From a virus (taxonomy: Duplodnaviria > Caudoviricetes): a stretch of 64,000 bases of DNA. Below the pieces are notes generated by a model, which did not search any database, was not told the DNA's origin, and saw only the letters and a list, made by a program, of their open reading frames with translations. The position numbers were made by a program, and so were the translations under genes. The stretch's first letter is position 1. Every line of letters begins with the position of its first letter. This document shows positions 21,278 to 31,421 of the stretch, in pieces. The DNA lies in IMG/VR virus record IMGVR_UViG_3300032132_000748; one strand, 5' to 3'.

Positions 21278-21575
21278 TAAAGCTGAAAGTTTACTTACTT
21301 TTGAAAAAAAGTATCCAGTTTTAATCAAAAGAGCCTTGATATACAAAGATAAAATCATTGTATGGTCTCTTTGTGATAGAAGTCTTTTAGCTAAAAGATG
21401 GAGGAGCATCTCTCAGATTAAAATGAGAATAATGCCTCTCAAACCCCTGGAGGGCGGAGAAACACAACAGATATGGAATCATATCTGGGATATTTCCAAA
21501 CCCTTGTCTCTGGGTCCAGAGAAAGTTAAGTTACATGTGAGGATGTATGACGGTATTAGTTGGCGCGATTCATAA
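21261..21575 (+). CDS. hypothetical protein
   Basis: Overlapping-gene packing; likely start ATG 21261. Confidence 0.45.
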   Translation: MPKRNSKAESLLTFEKKYPVLIKRALIYKDKIIVWSLCDRSLLAKRWRSISQIKMRIMPLKPLEGGETQQIWNHIWDISKPLSLGPEKVKLHVRMYDGISWRDS

Positions 21576-22164
21576 GGGTTATGCCTATATTGGGGCAGAC
21601 TCTCTTTGGTCTTGGGATGAAAATTTTGTTAGAGAAAGCAAAACAAGCAAATTTTTAAATTTGAAACCTGTTAAATTTGTTTCAGATGAGGGATTAGAGA
21701 CTTTTACGAGAGATCTTTCTGAAGAGGTTTTAATAGCAAGTTCTGGTCAAGATAGATTTACTCAAATTTTAGAAAAAGTAATAATAGAAAACCCTGAATT
21801 AGCCTGTTTCACCGATAAAGCCGGAGTAATTGAATTAGCAGAAACATACCACAAAGCAGTCACTAAGCTCGGGGTTGGTGATTCAGATAACAATCAACTT
21901 CCGGATCACGATATGGGATTTCTATTAATCTCTAAATACAGTGATAGAATATGGACTTTGGAATCTGACTATTCCATTGGTGAATATGATGATTATGTTA
22001 GCGGAGGTTCTGGCAGCTTTTTGGCAGAGGCTGCTATGAGGGCTCAAAGTAAGCGAGGTCTGCACGGAGAAGAAGCGGTTTTGACTGCAATTGAAACCGT
22101 TAATGAATTGCACCCCTACTGCGGCGGGCGAATCGAAATTAGAAAAATTAAAATAGAAAAATAA
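21547..22164 (+). CDS. HslV/proteasome-beta-like Ntn peptidase
   Basis: M-T start giving an N-terminal Thr nucleophile, IGADS, SK at ~33, GSGS.LAEAAM, A...HPYCGG.I. Confidence 0.8.
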   Translation: MTVLVGAIHKGYAYIGADSLWSWDENFVRESKTSKFLNLKPVKFVSDEGLETFTRDLSEEVLIASSGQDRFTQILEKVIIENPELACFTDKAGVIELAETYHKAVTKLGVGDSDNNQLPDHDMGFLLISKYSDRIWTLESDYSIGEYDDYVSGGSGSFLAEAAMRAQSKRGLHGEEAVLTAIETVNELHPYCGGRIEIRKIKIEK

Positions 22165-22234
22165 ATTCCTAGTGTCCTAGGGGCGGCTACCTGTCGGACC
22201 CACTTGGTATCCTTAAGACACAAGGACAGAGATT

Positions 22235-22444
22235 ATGACAATGACAACAGCAAAAGAGCCAATTGAATTTTACGATGTAAAATACAAAGAGAAGATTAAA
22301 GTAGCAAGAAGTAAGTGCAGTTTGGAAGTTTTTCAAACTAAACGAGGACAAAGGACTCGTATCGTTGCCGTTATGAAGAGCAAGGACGATCCAGCCAAGG
22401 AGTATAAAATTTCGAGACTGTGCGCTAAAGACTTCGTTCTTTAG
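22235..22444 (+). CDS. small basic CC1-like putative DNA-binding protein
   Basis: EFYDVK.K...QTKRG.....A......YKISRL pattern resembles crenarchaeal chromatin protein CC1 (from memory). Confidence 0.55.
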   Translation: MTMTTAKEPIEFYDVKYKEKIKVARSKCSLEVFQTKRGQRTRIVAVMKSKDDPAKEYKISRLCAKDFVL

Positions 22445-22467
22445 TAATTCCTACTATAAGGCTTAAG

Positions 22468-22497
22468 AGAACCCGGATTCGTCCGGGTTCTTTTTTT
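22468..22497 (+). terminator. intrinsic terminator
   Basis: AGAACCCGGA-TTCG-TCCGGGTTCT followed by T run. Confidence 0.9.
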
Positions 22498-22996
22498 ATG
22501 CCCATATTCCACTAGAGAGATTAGAGGACCTATGAGTCGGAACCGAAGTGGTGTCTGTTGTGAGTGTTTCATAGAGTTCTGGCCACATCTTGTAAAGAAA
22601 ATAACCGGAAGACACCATAGTTATATAGCTAATAAAGGGTATGTGTCTTCCCACAGCTAAGGTTATCACGAAGGGTGACATATTAGCCAATCCCATAGGA
22701 AGAATATACTTATCTGCTTTATAGAGCATACGCCCTACTAGTGGCATATCTTTTTCATCTACCCTCTTAAGTAATGAAAAACGTTTTAAGTATATTTTCG
22801 CCCCAACCGTCATACCTAGTGTGATCATTAAACCAATAATATTTTTAATCTTCTCCCAACCAGTAATTTTTTCAAACGCACCTAAATCTCCGAAAGTTGG
22901 ATTTATGGCTTTCCGTAATATGGGATAATGAGGAACTACCCCAGGCAATTTCACCGATGCAAACCCGTCATATGCTCCAAAACCGATACTCTTCAT
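22496..22996 (-). CDS. putative membrane protein
   Basis: Three hydrophobic segments; extended -10 TGATATACT 6 nt upstream of ATG. Confidence 0.6.
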   Translation of the reverse strand: MKSIGFGAYDGFASVKLPGVVPHYPILRKAINPTFGDLGAFEKITGWEKIKNIIGLMITLGMTVGAKIYLKRFSLLKRVDEKDMPLVGRMLYKADKYILPMGLANMSPFVITLAVGRHIPFISYITMVSSGYFLYKMWPELYETLTTDTTSVPTHRSSNLSSGIWA

Positions 22997-23118
22997 AGGT
23001 TTAGTATATCAAACGCTAATAAAAAGATAAATTCGAATGAGAGCAACTAAACATCTTTTAGGCGTAGACTAGATGAGTCGGAGTGCCGATAATACATCTA
23101 GTTGCAGGTTTACTACCA

Positions 23119-24354
23119 ATGAAAAAGTTACATATTATTAAGACCAAAGAATTTAAGCATGTTGATGCTAAGGCTCGTGGCAAAATTCTCCCCATTTTAG
23201 AGAAGGAGACATTGAGTTGGGCGAAGAAGGCCCAGCGTAAAGCCCACAAAGCTACCATCGAAATACAGAAGGAATTTGAAAAAAATCCTGACCCAGTTCG
23301 TAATAAGTATTTTAAATATTTACGAAAACTTCTTTTGATGAAACTAGAAGCGGTAGAGAACGAGTCTTGGGACAACAACAAGAAAGCTCCTGAGCTGGAC
23401 GAAGATCTAGTCAAGTTTTTAGAGATTGAATCTCTTCGGGTTCCTGAGCATATTTCTTGTAGTTCAATTGGCATGTATGAATTTTGTCCCCGCAAATGGT
23501 TCTATAGATATGCCCTTGGAGTTAAGTATCCTAAAACCACTGCACTCCATTTTGGGTCTGCTGTTGACGATGCTATTAACTATTACTTCGAGGAGAAGAT
23601 AGCAGGCCGACAGGCGACCTTGCAGGCCACTTACGACGAGTTCTTCAGAGTCTTCGACAAAGACGCTGACGAGGTTAACTGGGGCACTGACGACCCAGTA
23701 CAACTCCGACGTAATGGACCTATTATTCTTAAAAAGTATGTCGATGAATTTGATCGAATTACAGAACCAACCGGAGTTCAGACCGAGGTTAGAATACCTC
23801 TAGATAATGGCGGTATGTTACTAGGATATATCGATATTCTTGAAGCAACCGGAGTGGTCGATACTAAGACTGCTAAAAAGAAATGGACTACTGGAAGATT
23901 TGCTAAACACCTTAAGGAACTACAGCCTAAAGCGTATTCTCTATGGTTTTTGCAGGAATTCGAAAAGATGCCAACACAGTTTAGGTATCAAATCGTTACT
24001 AAAAAAACTAATGACAAGGGCGAAGCCATCCCGGAAACTCAACTCATCGACTTTACCATAAAGAAGTATGAGCTGGAAAGTTTCCGACGCCGCATCCAAC
24101 GTATTTGGGATGATATCATTGCCAGACTTAATACTAAAGACGCTAAAGGAAATCTTCGAGGAATAGATATGTTCCCAGCACAAGCTGAATACGGCCCTGG
24201 TGAAGGACGAGGCCCCGGTTGTGTAGATATAGGGGTGCTTTGCACAAAACAATGGTGTGATTATGCGGAACTGTGTGAAAAGAACGGACTTAAAATACCC
24301 ACTAAGTGGGTATCCAAAACCGCAGAGAAAAGTGGACATCACGTCTACGATTAG
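23119..24354 (+). CDS. PD-(D/E)XK nuclease, Cas4/RecB-like
   Basis: ISCSSI..YEFCPRKW, FGSAV, E.R, GYID...VVDTKT, Q...Y; C-terminal C....C.Y..LC (1+3 Cys Fe-S pattern). Confidence 0.85.
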   Translation: MKKLHIIKTKEFKHVDAKARGKILPILEKETLSWAKKAQRKAHKATIEIQKEFEKNPDPVRNKYFKYLRKLLLMKLEAVENESWDNNKKAPELDEDLVKFLEIESLRVPEHISCSSIGMYEFCPRKWFYRYALGVKYPKTTALHFGSAVDDAINYYFEEKIAGRQATLQATYDEFFRVFDKDADEVNWGTDDPVQLRRNGPIILKKYVDEFDRITEPTGVQTEVRIPLDNGGMLLGYIDILEATGVVDTKTAKKKWTTGRFAKHLKELQPKAYSLWFLQEFEKMPTQFRYQIVTKKTNDKGEAIPETQLIDFTIKKYELESFRRRIQRIWDDIIARLNTKDAKGNLRGIDMFPAQAEYGPGEGRGPGCVDIGVLCTKQWCDYAELCEKNGLKIPTKWVSKTAEKSGHHVYD

Positions 24355-24364
24355 GAGTATTGCT

Positions 24365-24586
24365 ATGAGTAATGAAGTAAAAATTAAAATGAAAAAATCT
24401 ACCCTTATTGCACTCCAAAAATTGGCAATGCGAAGAGGCCATACTCTTGAGGAGACTTTGCAGCACGCTGCCAGTACCGAAGTGTATATGGATGAGCGCC
24501 TTCGTGATGGTTGTTCTATTCTCTGTCAGGACCAAGAAGAGAATCTCTGGCGTGTGGTATTCTCACATATGAGAACCCAGGAGTAG
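24365..24586 (+). CDS. small ribbon-helix-helix-like protein
   Basis: VKIKM..STL..L..LA..RG.T..E.L..A pattern; AGGAG RBS. Confidence 0.5.
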   Translation: MSNEVKIKMKKSTLIALQKLAMRRGHTLEETLQHAASTEVYMDERLRDGCSILCQDQEENLWRVVFSHMRTQE

Positions 24587-24640
24587 CTCATTGTGATGTC
24601 GGTGTCACCTGTTATTATCTAGTTAAAGGTTAGGTGATAC

Positions 24641-26173
24641 GTGGCTGCTCAACTACGCGACAATAAATTGGATTTCTGGATCCAAAATAATTACAACGTT
24701 CTTTTCAAGGGCAAGCATGGGGTTGGTAAGACTTCTCTAATAATTCAAGCCTTTGATAGAAACAAATTAAACTGGAAATATTTCAGTGCTTCAACGATGG
24801 ATCCGTTCGTAGACTTCGTCGGAGTACCTAAAGAGGTTAAGGACGAAAAGGGTAATTCATATTTGGATTTAATTAGGCCAAAAGCGTTTCAGGACGACGA
24901 GGTTGAGGCTATTTTCTTTGATGAATATAACCGCTCACATAAAAAAGTCCGTAATGCTGTTATGGAGCTTATCCAATTCAAGTCTATTAACGGCAAGAAG
25001 TTTAACAACTTAAAGATAATCTGGGCTGCAGTTAATCCCGATGACGACGATACAGAAGATTATGACGTTGAAAAAATTGATCCAGCGCAGTTAGATCGTT
25101 TCCATGTCCACGTAGACGTTCCTTACAAGCCTGTTCTCTCTTACTTTACTTCCCAATACGGGAAGGAAGTAGCCGAAGCGGGATGTTCTTGGTGGAGTGA
25201 ACTCCCCAAAGAAATGCAAAATGCAGTCAGTCCTCGTCGTCTGGATTATGCCCTCAACATGCATAAAAATAAAGGTGATTTACGCGATGTATTACCTACA
25301 AAAAGCGGCATTAATAAATTACTGCTCACTCTACGAGATGGTCCAATTAAGAAAAAGCTTGAGAAGCTTATCAAAGCAGGCGATAAGGTAGAGGGACAGA
25401 AATTCATCTCCCAGGAAAATAACTATGCAGCAGCCATTCAATACATAACTAAAACTAAAGCTTTTAAAGAATTCTTCTTTCCCCTCTTGGCAGAAGAGAA
25501 GATAGCAAGTTTAATTGCTGAGTCTACGGCTCTTACAAAATATTTTGCTGAAAATTGCGGAAAAGTTGCGGTATATGAGAAGGTAATAAATAGCATTATC
25601 AAAGCAAATCAAAATAGAAAATTGATAGGTAACCTCAAAAAGCACATGCCTAAATCTATCAAGCGAAGAGCTACTGGGGTTCCCTGGTCTAAGCAAATCA
25701 AAGCCCTGCACGCAAGAAAGAGATACAACACACAACAACGAACTAAAATTTATCAAGAATTGTTACTAGAGATTCCAGATAATATGACTCTTAAAGAGGC
25801 GGAAGCCACTGTTGATTTAGTCAATAGCATTATAGATAGAAGTCATGCCTTCTCTGTTTCCAGAAACTTTCCAAAGATACCTCAGATATTGAGTATTTGC
25901 TTCAGTGTAATTGCACGAGATACTCAATACGCTACCATTGATGACATCATTAATTATAGAAACTGGTATGCCATTGCTCAAAAAGTGTCAGACAAGCAGA
26001 AGATTAAAATCGAAGCTCTGGCTCCGTATGCGCCTATTATCGCTCCAGGCTCTATAGCTCCTAAGACTATCAGTGCTGGAAATATTAAAGTCAGGCAGTT
26101 GATTAAATCTGCCAACTCTCTAGAAGATCTTATAGATAGTCTCGAAGATGACGACGAGGAGCCTCCTTTTTAA
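24641..26173 (+). CDS. MoxR/CobS-like AAA+ ATPase
   Basis: Walker A GKHGVGKT, Walker B IFFDEYNR, AA.NP, DPAQLDRF, SPRR. Confidence 0.88.
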   Translation: MAAQLRDNKLDFWIQNNYNVLFKGKHGVGKTSLIIQAFDRNKLNWKYFSASTMDPFVDFVGVPKEVKDEKGNSYLDLIRPKAFQDDEVEAIFFDEYNRSHKKVRNAVMELIQFKSINGKKFNNLKIIWAAVNPDDDDTEDYDVEKIDPAQLDRFHVHVDVPYKPVLSYFTSQYGKEVAEAGCSWWSELPKEMQNAVSPRRLDYALNMHKNKGDLRDVLPTKSGINKLLLTLRDGPIKKKLEKLIKAGDKVEGQKFISQENNYAAAIQYITKTKAFKEFFFPLLAEEKIASLIAESTALTKYFAENCGKVAVYEKVINSIIKANQNRKLIGNLKKHMPKSIKRRATGVPWSKQIKALHARKRYNTQQRTKIYQELLLEIPDNMTLKEAEATVDLVNSIIDRSHAFSVSRNFPKIPQILSICFSVIARDTQYATIDDIINYRNWYAIAQKVSDKQKIKIEALAPYAPIIAPGSIAPKTISAGNIKVRQLIKSANSLEDLIDSLEDDDEEPPF

Positions 26174-27495
26174 TGGACGCCATCGAAGAAACAACCATAT
26201 CTCCTGAGGAGTGGACAGAAATAAGTTCTCAGCTTGAGATACACCATGCTCTGTTTTATCAGTTATGGCAGATGGGTAAACCACTTTTTGATAAAAGTAT
26301 ACCAACTGCGGCTGTCCGGTTTAACCCCGAAGGGCAGCTTGTTGAATTTGTATTCAATCCAGATTTTTGGAATGAGCTTACGCTTACTGAAAAGAAATTC
26401 GTAATTTGCCACGAGTCCTTGCATGTGATATTTAATCACGGTCTGCGAATGATTAACACTAAACAAGGTAAGAAGTGTAACGTAGCGATGGATATCATAG
26501 TTAATCACTCTTTAGTAGATAACTTTGGATTTAAACGTAGTGACCTATCTATGGAAGCCAAGCTTTGTTGGATGGATACAGTCTTCAAGCCCGAGATAGT
26601 GGCTAAAATACCTACACGACAAACCTTTGAATTCTATTACCTTCTACTTAAAGACCCCGATAACTTGGCGGAAGGAAACCAACCAAGCGATGCAGACGGT
26701 TCAGGTGGCGCAGGCGGTTTGCCAGAGACACTCGATGATCACAGCCAACTGCCAGGTATGTCAAATCAAGACTGGGGCGAGGTAGTAAAAAAGCTTGACG
26801 AAACTCTATCTAATGAAGAGAAGAGTGGTATCAAGGATCTTGTGGAAAAACATACTCAGCTACCTAAGGACCAAAAGCCCGGAAAAGGTCGAGGCACTCA
26901 AGGAATGGGCGCTTGGCATTTTGTATCAAAGGATCCTGTTAAGAAAAAGAAAAAATGGGAAACGGTCATTAAAAAATGGTCGAAGAAATTCCTAAAAAAG
27001 GATATCGCTAGTATTGAACAGTGGGCCAGGATGGCTCGTAGATTCGCGCTTCTCCCTACTAATTTGATGCTCCCTTCAGAGGTCGATAATGATAGCTGGA
27101 GTCAGGATAGAATCCAAGTTTGGTTCTTTCAGGACTGCTCAGGATCTTGTATCGGACTGAAAGACAGGTTTTTTCGAGCAGCTAAGAGCCTCCCAAAAGA
27201 GCGATTCGATGTAAAAATGCACACCTTCGATACCCGAGTATTCGAGGTTGATATAAATCAAGGTAAAGTTCGCGGTGGCGGGGGCACTAGTTTTACATGT
27301 ATGGAACAGTATATACAACAGTATATGAAAAAACATAAAGTGAGTTATCCCAAGGCAGTTTTTATCATTACCGATGGCATGGGAAATAATGTAAGACCCC
27401 AACAACCCGAAAATTGGTATTGGTTTTTATCATATAATTATAGATATTGCATTCCCAAGGAATCACAAATCTTTATGCTAAATGAGTTTGAGTAA
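26173..27495 (+). CDS. HEXXH metallopeptidase-like + vWA-like domain protein (DUF2201-like)
   Basis: HESLH, N.A.D..VN, LDDH, MIDAS DCSGS, GGGGT.F, ITDG; translationally coupled to the AAA gene. Confidence 0.85.
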   Translation: MDAIEETTISPEEWTEISSQLEIHHALFYQLWQMGKPLFDKSIPTAAVRFNPEGQLVEFVFNPDFWNELTLTEKKFVICHESLHVIFNHGLRMINTKQGKKCNVAMDIIVNHSLVDNFGFKRSDLSMEAKLCWMDTVFKPEIVAKIPTRQTFEFYYLLLKDPDNLAEGNQPSDADGSGGAGGLPETLDDHSQLPGMSNQDWGEVVKKLDETLSNEEKSGIKDLVEKHTQLPKDQKPGKGRGTQGMGAWHFVSKDPVKKKKKWETVIKKWSKKFLKKDIASIEQWARMARRFALLPTNLMLPSEVDNDSWSQDRIQVWFFQDCSGSCIGLKDRFFRAAKSLPKERFDVKMHTFDTRVFEVDINQGKVRGGGGTSFTCMEQYIQQYMKKHKVSYPKAVFIITDGMGNNVRPQQPENWYWFLSYNYRYCIPKESQIFMLNEFE

Positions 27496-27631
27496 ATCAC
27501 CCCCTTTTAAAAAAAGTTATACACTTAGAAAGATATTACCCCTTACTGTGATTAAAGTTACAAGAGTACAGCCCGTGTTGATCGGTTACACTTCAATTGG
27601 TAAGATACGGTAATAAAACACACGAATAAAA

Positions 27632-28630
27632 ATGAAAAATGATAAGGAGACTCCAATGAAAGTCGATCCAATACTAGATGTCTCGAATGACAGATTTACA
27701 ATGTTCCCAATTAAATACCCGAAGGTATGGGATATATACAAAGACCATGAAGCACTCTTCTGGACCGCAGAAGAAATAGATTTATCTAGTGATATAGCTG
27801 ACTGGCGAAGTTTAAATGACGGTGAACGACATTTTATTAAACATGTTCTCGCCTTCTTTGCGGCAAGTGATGGCATAGTTAATGAAAACTTAGCTATTAA
27901 TTTTTATACAGATGTCCAAATACCAGAAGCTCGTGCATATTATACTATGCAAATGCTTATTGAGACTATTCATAGTGAAACTTATTCACTATTAATAGAT
28001 ACTTACATCAATGATGAAAAAGAAAAACTTCACTTGCTACAAGCAATAGATACGATGCCTATTATTACTAAAAAAGGTGAGTGGGCACTAAGATGGATAT
28101 CCAAAAAAACCACTTTCGCAGAACGGCTTATGGCTTTTGCAGCAGTGGAGGGTATTTTCTTTAGTTCATCTTTCTGTTCAATCTACTGGCTCAAAGATCG
28201 TGGACTAATGCCTGGCCTGAGTTTTAGTAACGAATTAATTAGTAGAGACGAAGGAATTCATACTGATTTTGCTATCTTGTTGCACAACACACTGCAAAAA
28301 GAAAATAGAATTTCAGAGGAAAGAATACAACAAATATTTGGTGAAGCCGCTGAGTTGGAATGTGAGTTTGCAACAGAGGCTCTTCCTGTATCTATGATCG
28401 GGATGAACGAAAAGCAAATGCAACAGTATATCCAGTTTGTGACGGATAGGTTGCTTGTCCAGGCCGGAGCGAGTAAGCTATACAACGTGACTAACCCCTT
28501 TCCTTTCATGGAACGCATCGCACTACAGAACAAAACTAACTTCCATGAGAAGAAGGTGGCTGAGTACCGAAAAGCAGGGGTTGGAAATATGGCGGCTGCT
28601 CAGGAATTGAATTTCGACGAAGATTTCTAG
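27632..28630 (+). CDS. nrdB: ribonucleotide reductase class Ia beta subunit
   Basis: FWTAEEIDL, FFAASDGIV.EN, E.IHSETYS, VEGIFFS, DEGIH di-iron ligands. Confidence 0.96.
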   Translation: MKNDKETPMKVDPILDVSNDRFTMFPIKYPKVWDIYKDHEALFWTAEEIDLSSDIADWRSLNDGERHFIKHVLAFFAASDGIVNENLAINFYTDVQIPEARAYYTMQMLIETIHSETYSLLIDTYINDEKEKLHLLQAIDTMPIITKKGEWALRWISKKTTFAERLMAFAAVEGIFFSSSFCSIYWLKDRGLMPGLSFSNELISRDEGIHTDFAILLHNTLQKENRISEERIQQIFGEAAELECEFATEALPVSMIGMNEKQMQQYIQFVTDRLLVQAGASKLYNVTNPFPFMERIALQNKTNFHEKKVAEYRKAGVGNMAAAQELNFDEDF

Positions 28631-28639
28631 GAGAAAGTA

Positions 28640-28834
28640 ATGTGGAAAGTGTTCAAGAAACATAAGAAAAAATGGACTAAAGTTGAAGAACAAAAACTAC
28701 TTCAATTATTAGACGGATTAGTTGAAGATCTTGAAAAAGACGAAGACGAAGAAGACGAAGAAGATGAGGATAAGGAATGCTCCTGTTCGATTGCCGAGTT
28801 AATGAAAAAGGGGTGTCAATGTGGGGGTGTATGA
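28640..28834 (+). CDS. small acidic protein with C-terminal CxC-x8-GCxCxG module
   Basis: Ends CSCSIAELMKKGCQCGGV*; AGGAG RBS; lies between nrdB and nrdA. Confidence 0.75.
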   Translation: MWKVFKKHKKKWTKVEEQKLLQLLDGLVEDLEKDEDEEDEEDEDKECSCSIAELMKKGCQCGGV

Positions 28835-28898
28835 AATTATCAACCGTATTTAGTAGAGGACGTAACACGGTACATTAGGTCCGTAGTAAAGAGATAAA

Positions 28899-31421
28899 AT
28901 GCAAATTGTTAAGAGAGACGGGCGACTAGAAGAAGTTAAGCTCGAAAAAATTACTAGAAGAGTTAAAGCACAAACTAAGGGCCTTAAAAATGTGGACGCG
29001 ATGTCCATAGCCACAAAGGTTATTGCAGGATTGTATGACGGGGTTTCAAGCCGAGAACTTGATGATCTGGCCATCAAAACTGCAGCTAATTTAGCTACAA
29101 CACACCCAGACTATGACAAACTAGCCGCGAGATTGTCAGTCAGTGTTCTCCATAAAGAGACAAAAGGCAGTTTTTCAACTGTCATGGAGGATTTATCAAA
29201 AAGAACTGATACTTTTGATAGACCTCGCCCAGCAGTGGGGGAGGATTTCATGAGAGTAGTCCGTAAACACAAAAAAGCTATTGATGCTGAGATTGTTTAT
29301 AAACGAGACTATGAGTTCGACTATTTAGGGCTGCAGACACTTAAGAGATCTTATCTTCAAAAGATTGATGGTCAGATAGTGGAGAGACCGCAGCATATGT
29401 GGATGCGTGTTGCTATAGGAATTCACGGAAAAGATATCGTAGCTGCCCTAGATACCTACGAGAAGCTATCCAAAAAGATGTTTACCCACGCTACTCCAAC
29501 ACTATTTAATGCCGGAACAGCAAAACCCCAGTTAGCCTCATGTTTCCTGCTTCATATGGATGACGACTCGATTGATGGGATCTACAAAACACTAACTGAT
29601 TGTGCAAAAATATCACAATTAGCTGGGGGTATCGGAATCCATATCCATAACATTCGTGCGGCTGGGAGCCCCATTTATGGGACTAACGGAAAAAGTAATG
29701 GCATTGTTCCTATGTTACGAGCGTACAACGCCACAGCAGGATATATAGATCAGGGAGGAGGTAAGCGAAAAGGAAGCTTTGCTGTCTACCTAGAGCCCTG
29801 GCATGCAGATATTTTCGGGTTCTTAGATCTAAAACGTAACCAAGGTAAGGATGAGATGAGAGCAAGAGATTTGTTCTACGGTCTTTGGGTTCCTGATCTC
29901 TTTATGAAGCGTATTAGAGATAATGGAGATTGGACTCTTTTCGATCCAAACACCGCAAAAGGTTTGAGCGATTGTTGGGGCGATGAGTTTGATCATCTAT
30001 ATACGAAATATGAAAGCGAAGGATTGGGAATTCGAACGGTAAAGGCTCAAGATTTATGGAAGAAAATTCTAGAAATTCAAGTCGAAACTTCGATGCCTTA
30101 CATTCTCTACAAAGACGCCTGTAATGGAAAAAGTAATCAACAAAATTTAGGAACCATCAAGTCTTCGAATCTTTGCTCGGAAATAATTCAATATACTTCT
30201 CCTGAAGAAATTGCTGTCTGCAACTTAGCTTCGGTATCCCTACCTAGTTATGTCGAAGGGCAGACCCGCAAAAGATTTAATCACAAAAAACTTTACGAAA
30301 TTGTTAAGACAGTAACGAAAAACCTTAATAAAGTTATCGACGTAAATCATTATCCGTTACCGGAAACTAAAAACAGTAATCTGAAACATCGACCTATAGG
30401 GCTTGGCGTTCAAGGGTTAGCTGACGTTTTCATGAAGATGAGACTATCTTGGGATAGTTTCGAAGCCTTCAAACTTAATCGTGAGATATTTGAAACTATT
30501 TATTTCGCCTCTTTGGAAGCATCAGCAGAAGACGCCGAGAATTTTGGAGTTTACTCTAGCTACGAAGGTAGCCCTGCGAGCCAAGGAAAAATCCAATACG
30601 ACCTGTGGTTCAATAGTCGGGCAGATCGGGGCCTAGAGCTTACAGACTACGAGAAGCAGCTTAGCGGCGACTCTCCGAGGTCAGGAGAGGAACTCTACTG
30701 CACTAGCGGCAGATACGATTGGGGGAGCCTCAAATCCAAAATCCAAAAAACTGGGTTGCGAAATTCCTTAAATTTGAGTTTGATGCCGACAGCGTCTACG
30801 GCAAATATTCTTGGAAATACGGAAGGGTTTGAGCCCATACCCTCCAACATATACAAGAGAAATGTATTATCGGGAGAGTTCGTAAGAATTAATAAGTATC
30901 TTGTAAATGATCTCCAAAAGCTTGATCTTTGGAATCATGAGATGAAACAGAAAATCATTGCAGGAGAGGGTTCGATCCAACACATCGGAGAGATCCCTGA
31001 CGATATTAAAGAGCTGTATCGAACTGTTTGGGAAATTAAGCAGAGGTATATTATCGATCTTTCTGCAGATAGGGGGGCATTCATATGCCAATCCCAATCA
31101 CTAAACATCTATATGGCAAAACCAACCTACGGAAAGCTAACGTCCATGCATTTCTATGGATGGCAGAGAGGTCTTAAGACAGGCTCTTATTACATTAGAC
31201 AGCAGGCCGCGAGACAAGCTCAAAAATTCACTGTTGATCCGAACATAGAAAAGAAGCAGGAAGAGACGCAGACTCAGTTTGAAAACGCTCTAGAGGTTTT
31301 AAGGGAGCGTGACTATACTCAGGCAGAGTTAGATTTGATGTCGGAAGAAGAAATCATTACCCTTGCTAAAGGTAACTGCAATTTAGACGATCCTGAGGAT
31401 TGCATAATGTGTAGTGGGTAA
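28899..31421 (+). CDS. nrdA: ribonucleotide reductase class Ia alpha subunit
   Basis: ATP cone (VKRDG), ATPTLFNAG, SCF, SNLCSEI, CNLAS, MPTAS, KTGSYY, C-terminal CIMC. Confidence 0.97.
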   Translation: MQIVKRDGRLEEVKLEKITRRVKAQTKGLKNVDAMSIATKVIAGLYDGVSSRELDDLAIKTAANLATTHPDYDKLAARLSVSVLHKETKGSFSTVMEDLSKRTDTFDRPRPAVGEDFMRVVRKHKKAIDAEIVYKRDYEFDYLGLQTLKRSYLQKIDGQIVERPQHMWMRVAIGIHGKDIVAALDTYEKLSKKMFTHATPTLFNAGTAKPQLASCFLLHMDDDSIDGIYKTLTDCAKISQLAGGIGIHIHNIRAAGSPIYGTNGKSNGIVPMLRAYNATAGYIDQGGGKRKGSFAVYLEPWHADIFGFLDLKRNQGKDEMRARDLFYGLWVPDLFMKRIRDNGDWTLFDPNTAKGLSDCWGDEFDHLYTKYESEGLGIRTVKAQDLWKKILEIQVETSMPYILYKDACNGKSNQQNLGTIKSSNLCSEIIQYTSPEEIAVCNLASVSLPSYVEGQTRKRFNHKKLYEIVKTVTKNLNKVIDVNHYPLPETKNSNLKHRPIGLGVQGLADVFMKMRLSWDSFEAFKLNREIFETIYFASLEASAEDAENFGVYSSYEGSPASQGKIQYDLWFNSRADRGLELTDYEKQLSGDSPRSGEELYCTSGRYDWGSLKSKIQKTGLRNSLNLSLMPTASTANILGNTEGFEPIPSNIYKRNVLSGEFVRINKYLVNDLQKLDLWNHEMKQKIIAGEGSIQHIGEIPDDIKELYRTVWEIKQRYIIDLSADRGAFICQSQSLNIYMAKPTYGKLTSMHFYGWQRGLKTGSYYIRQQAARQAQKFTVDPNIEKKQEETQTQFENALEVLRERDYTQAELDLMSEEEIITLAKGNCNLDDPEDCIMCSG

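Noticed and set aside
23119-24354. Cas4-like nuclease as part of a CRISPR-Cas system
   Set aside because: No cas1/cas2 or repeat-spacer array seen; solo Cas4-like nucleases are common in phage replication modules
31376-31421. NrdA C-terminus CNLDDPEDCIMCSG as a seventh member of the Cys-tag family
   Set aside because: Spacing differs and the terminal CxxC is the normal redox pair of class I RNR alpha subunits
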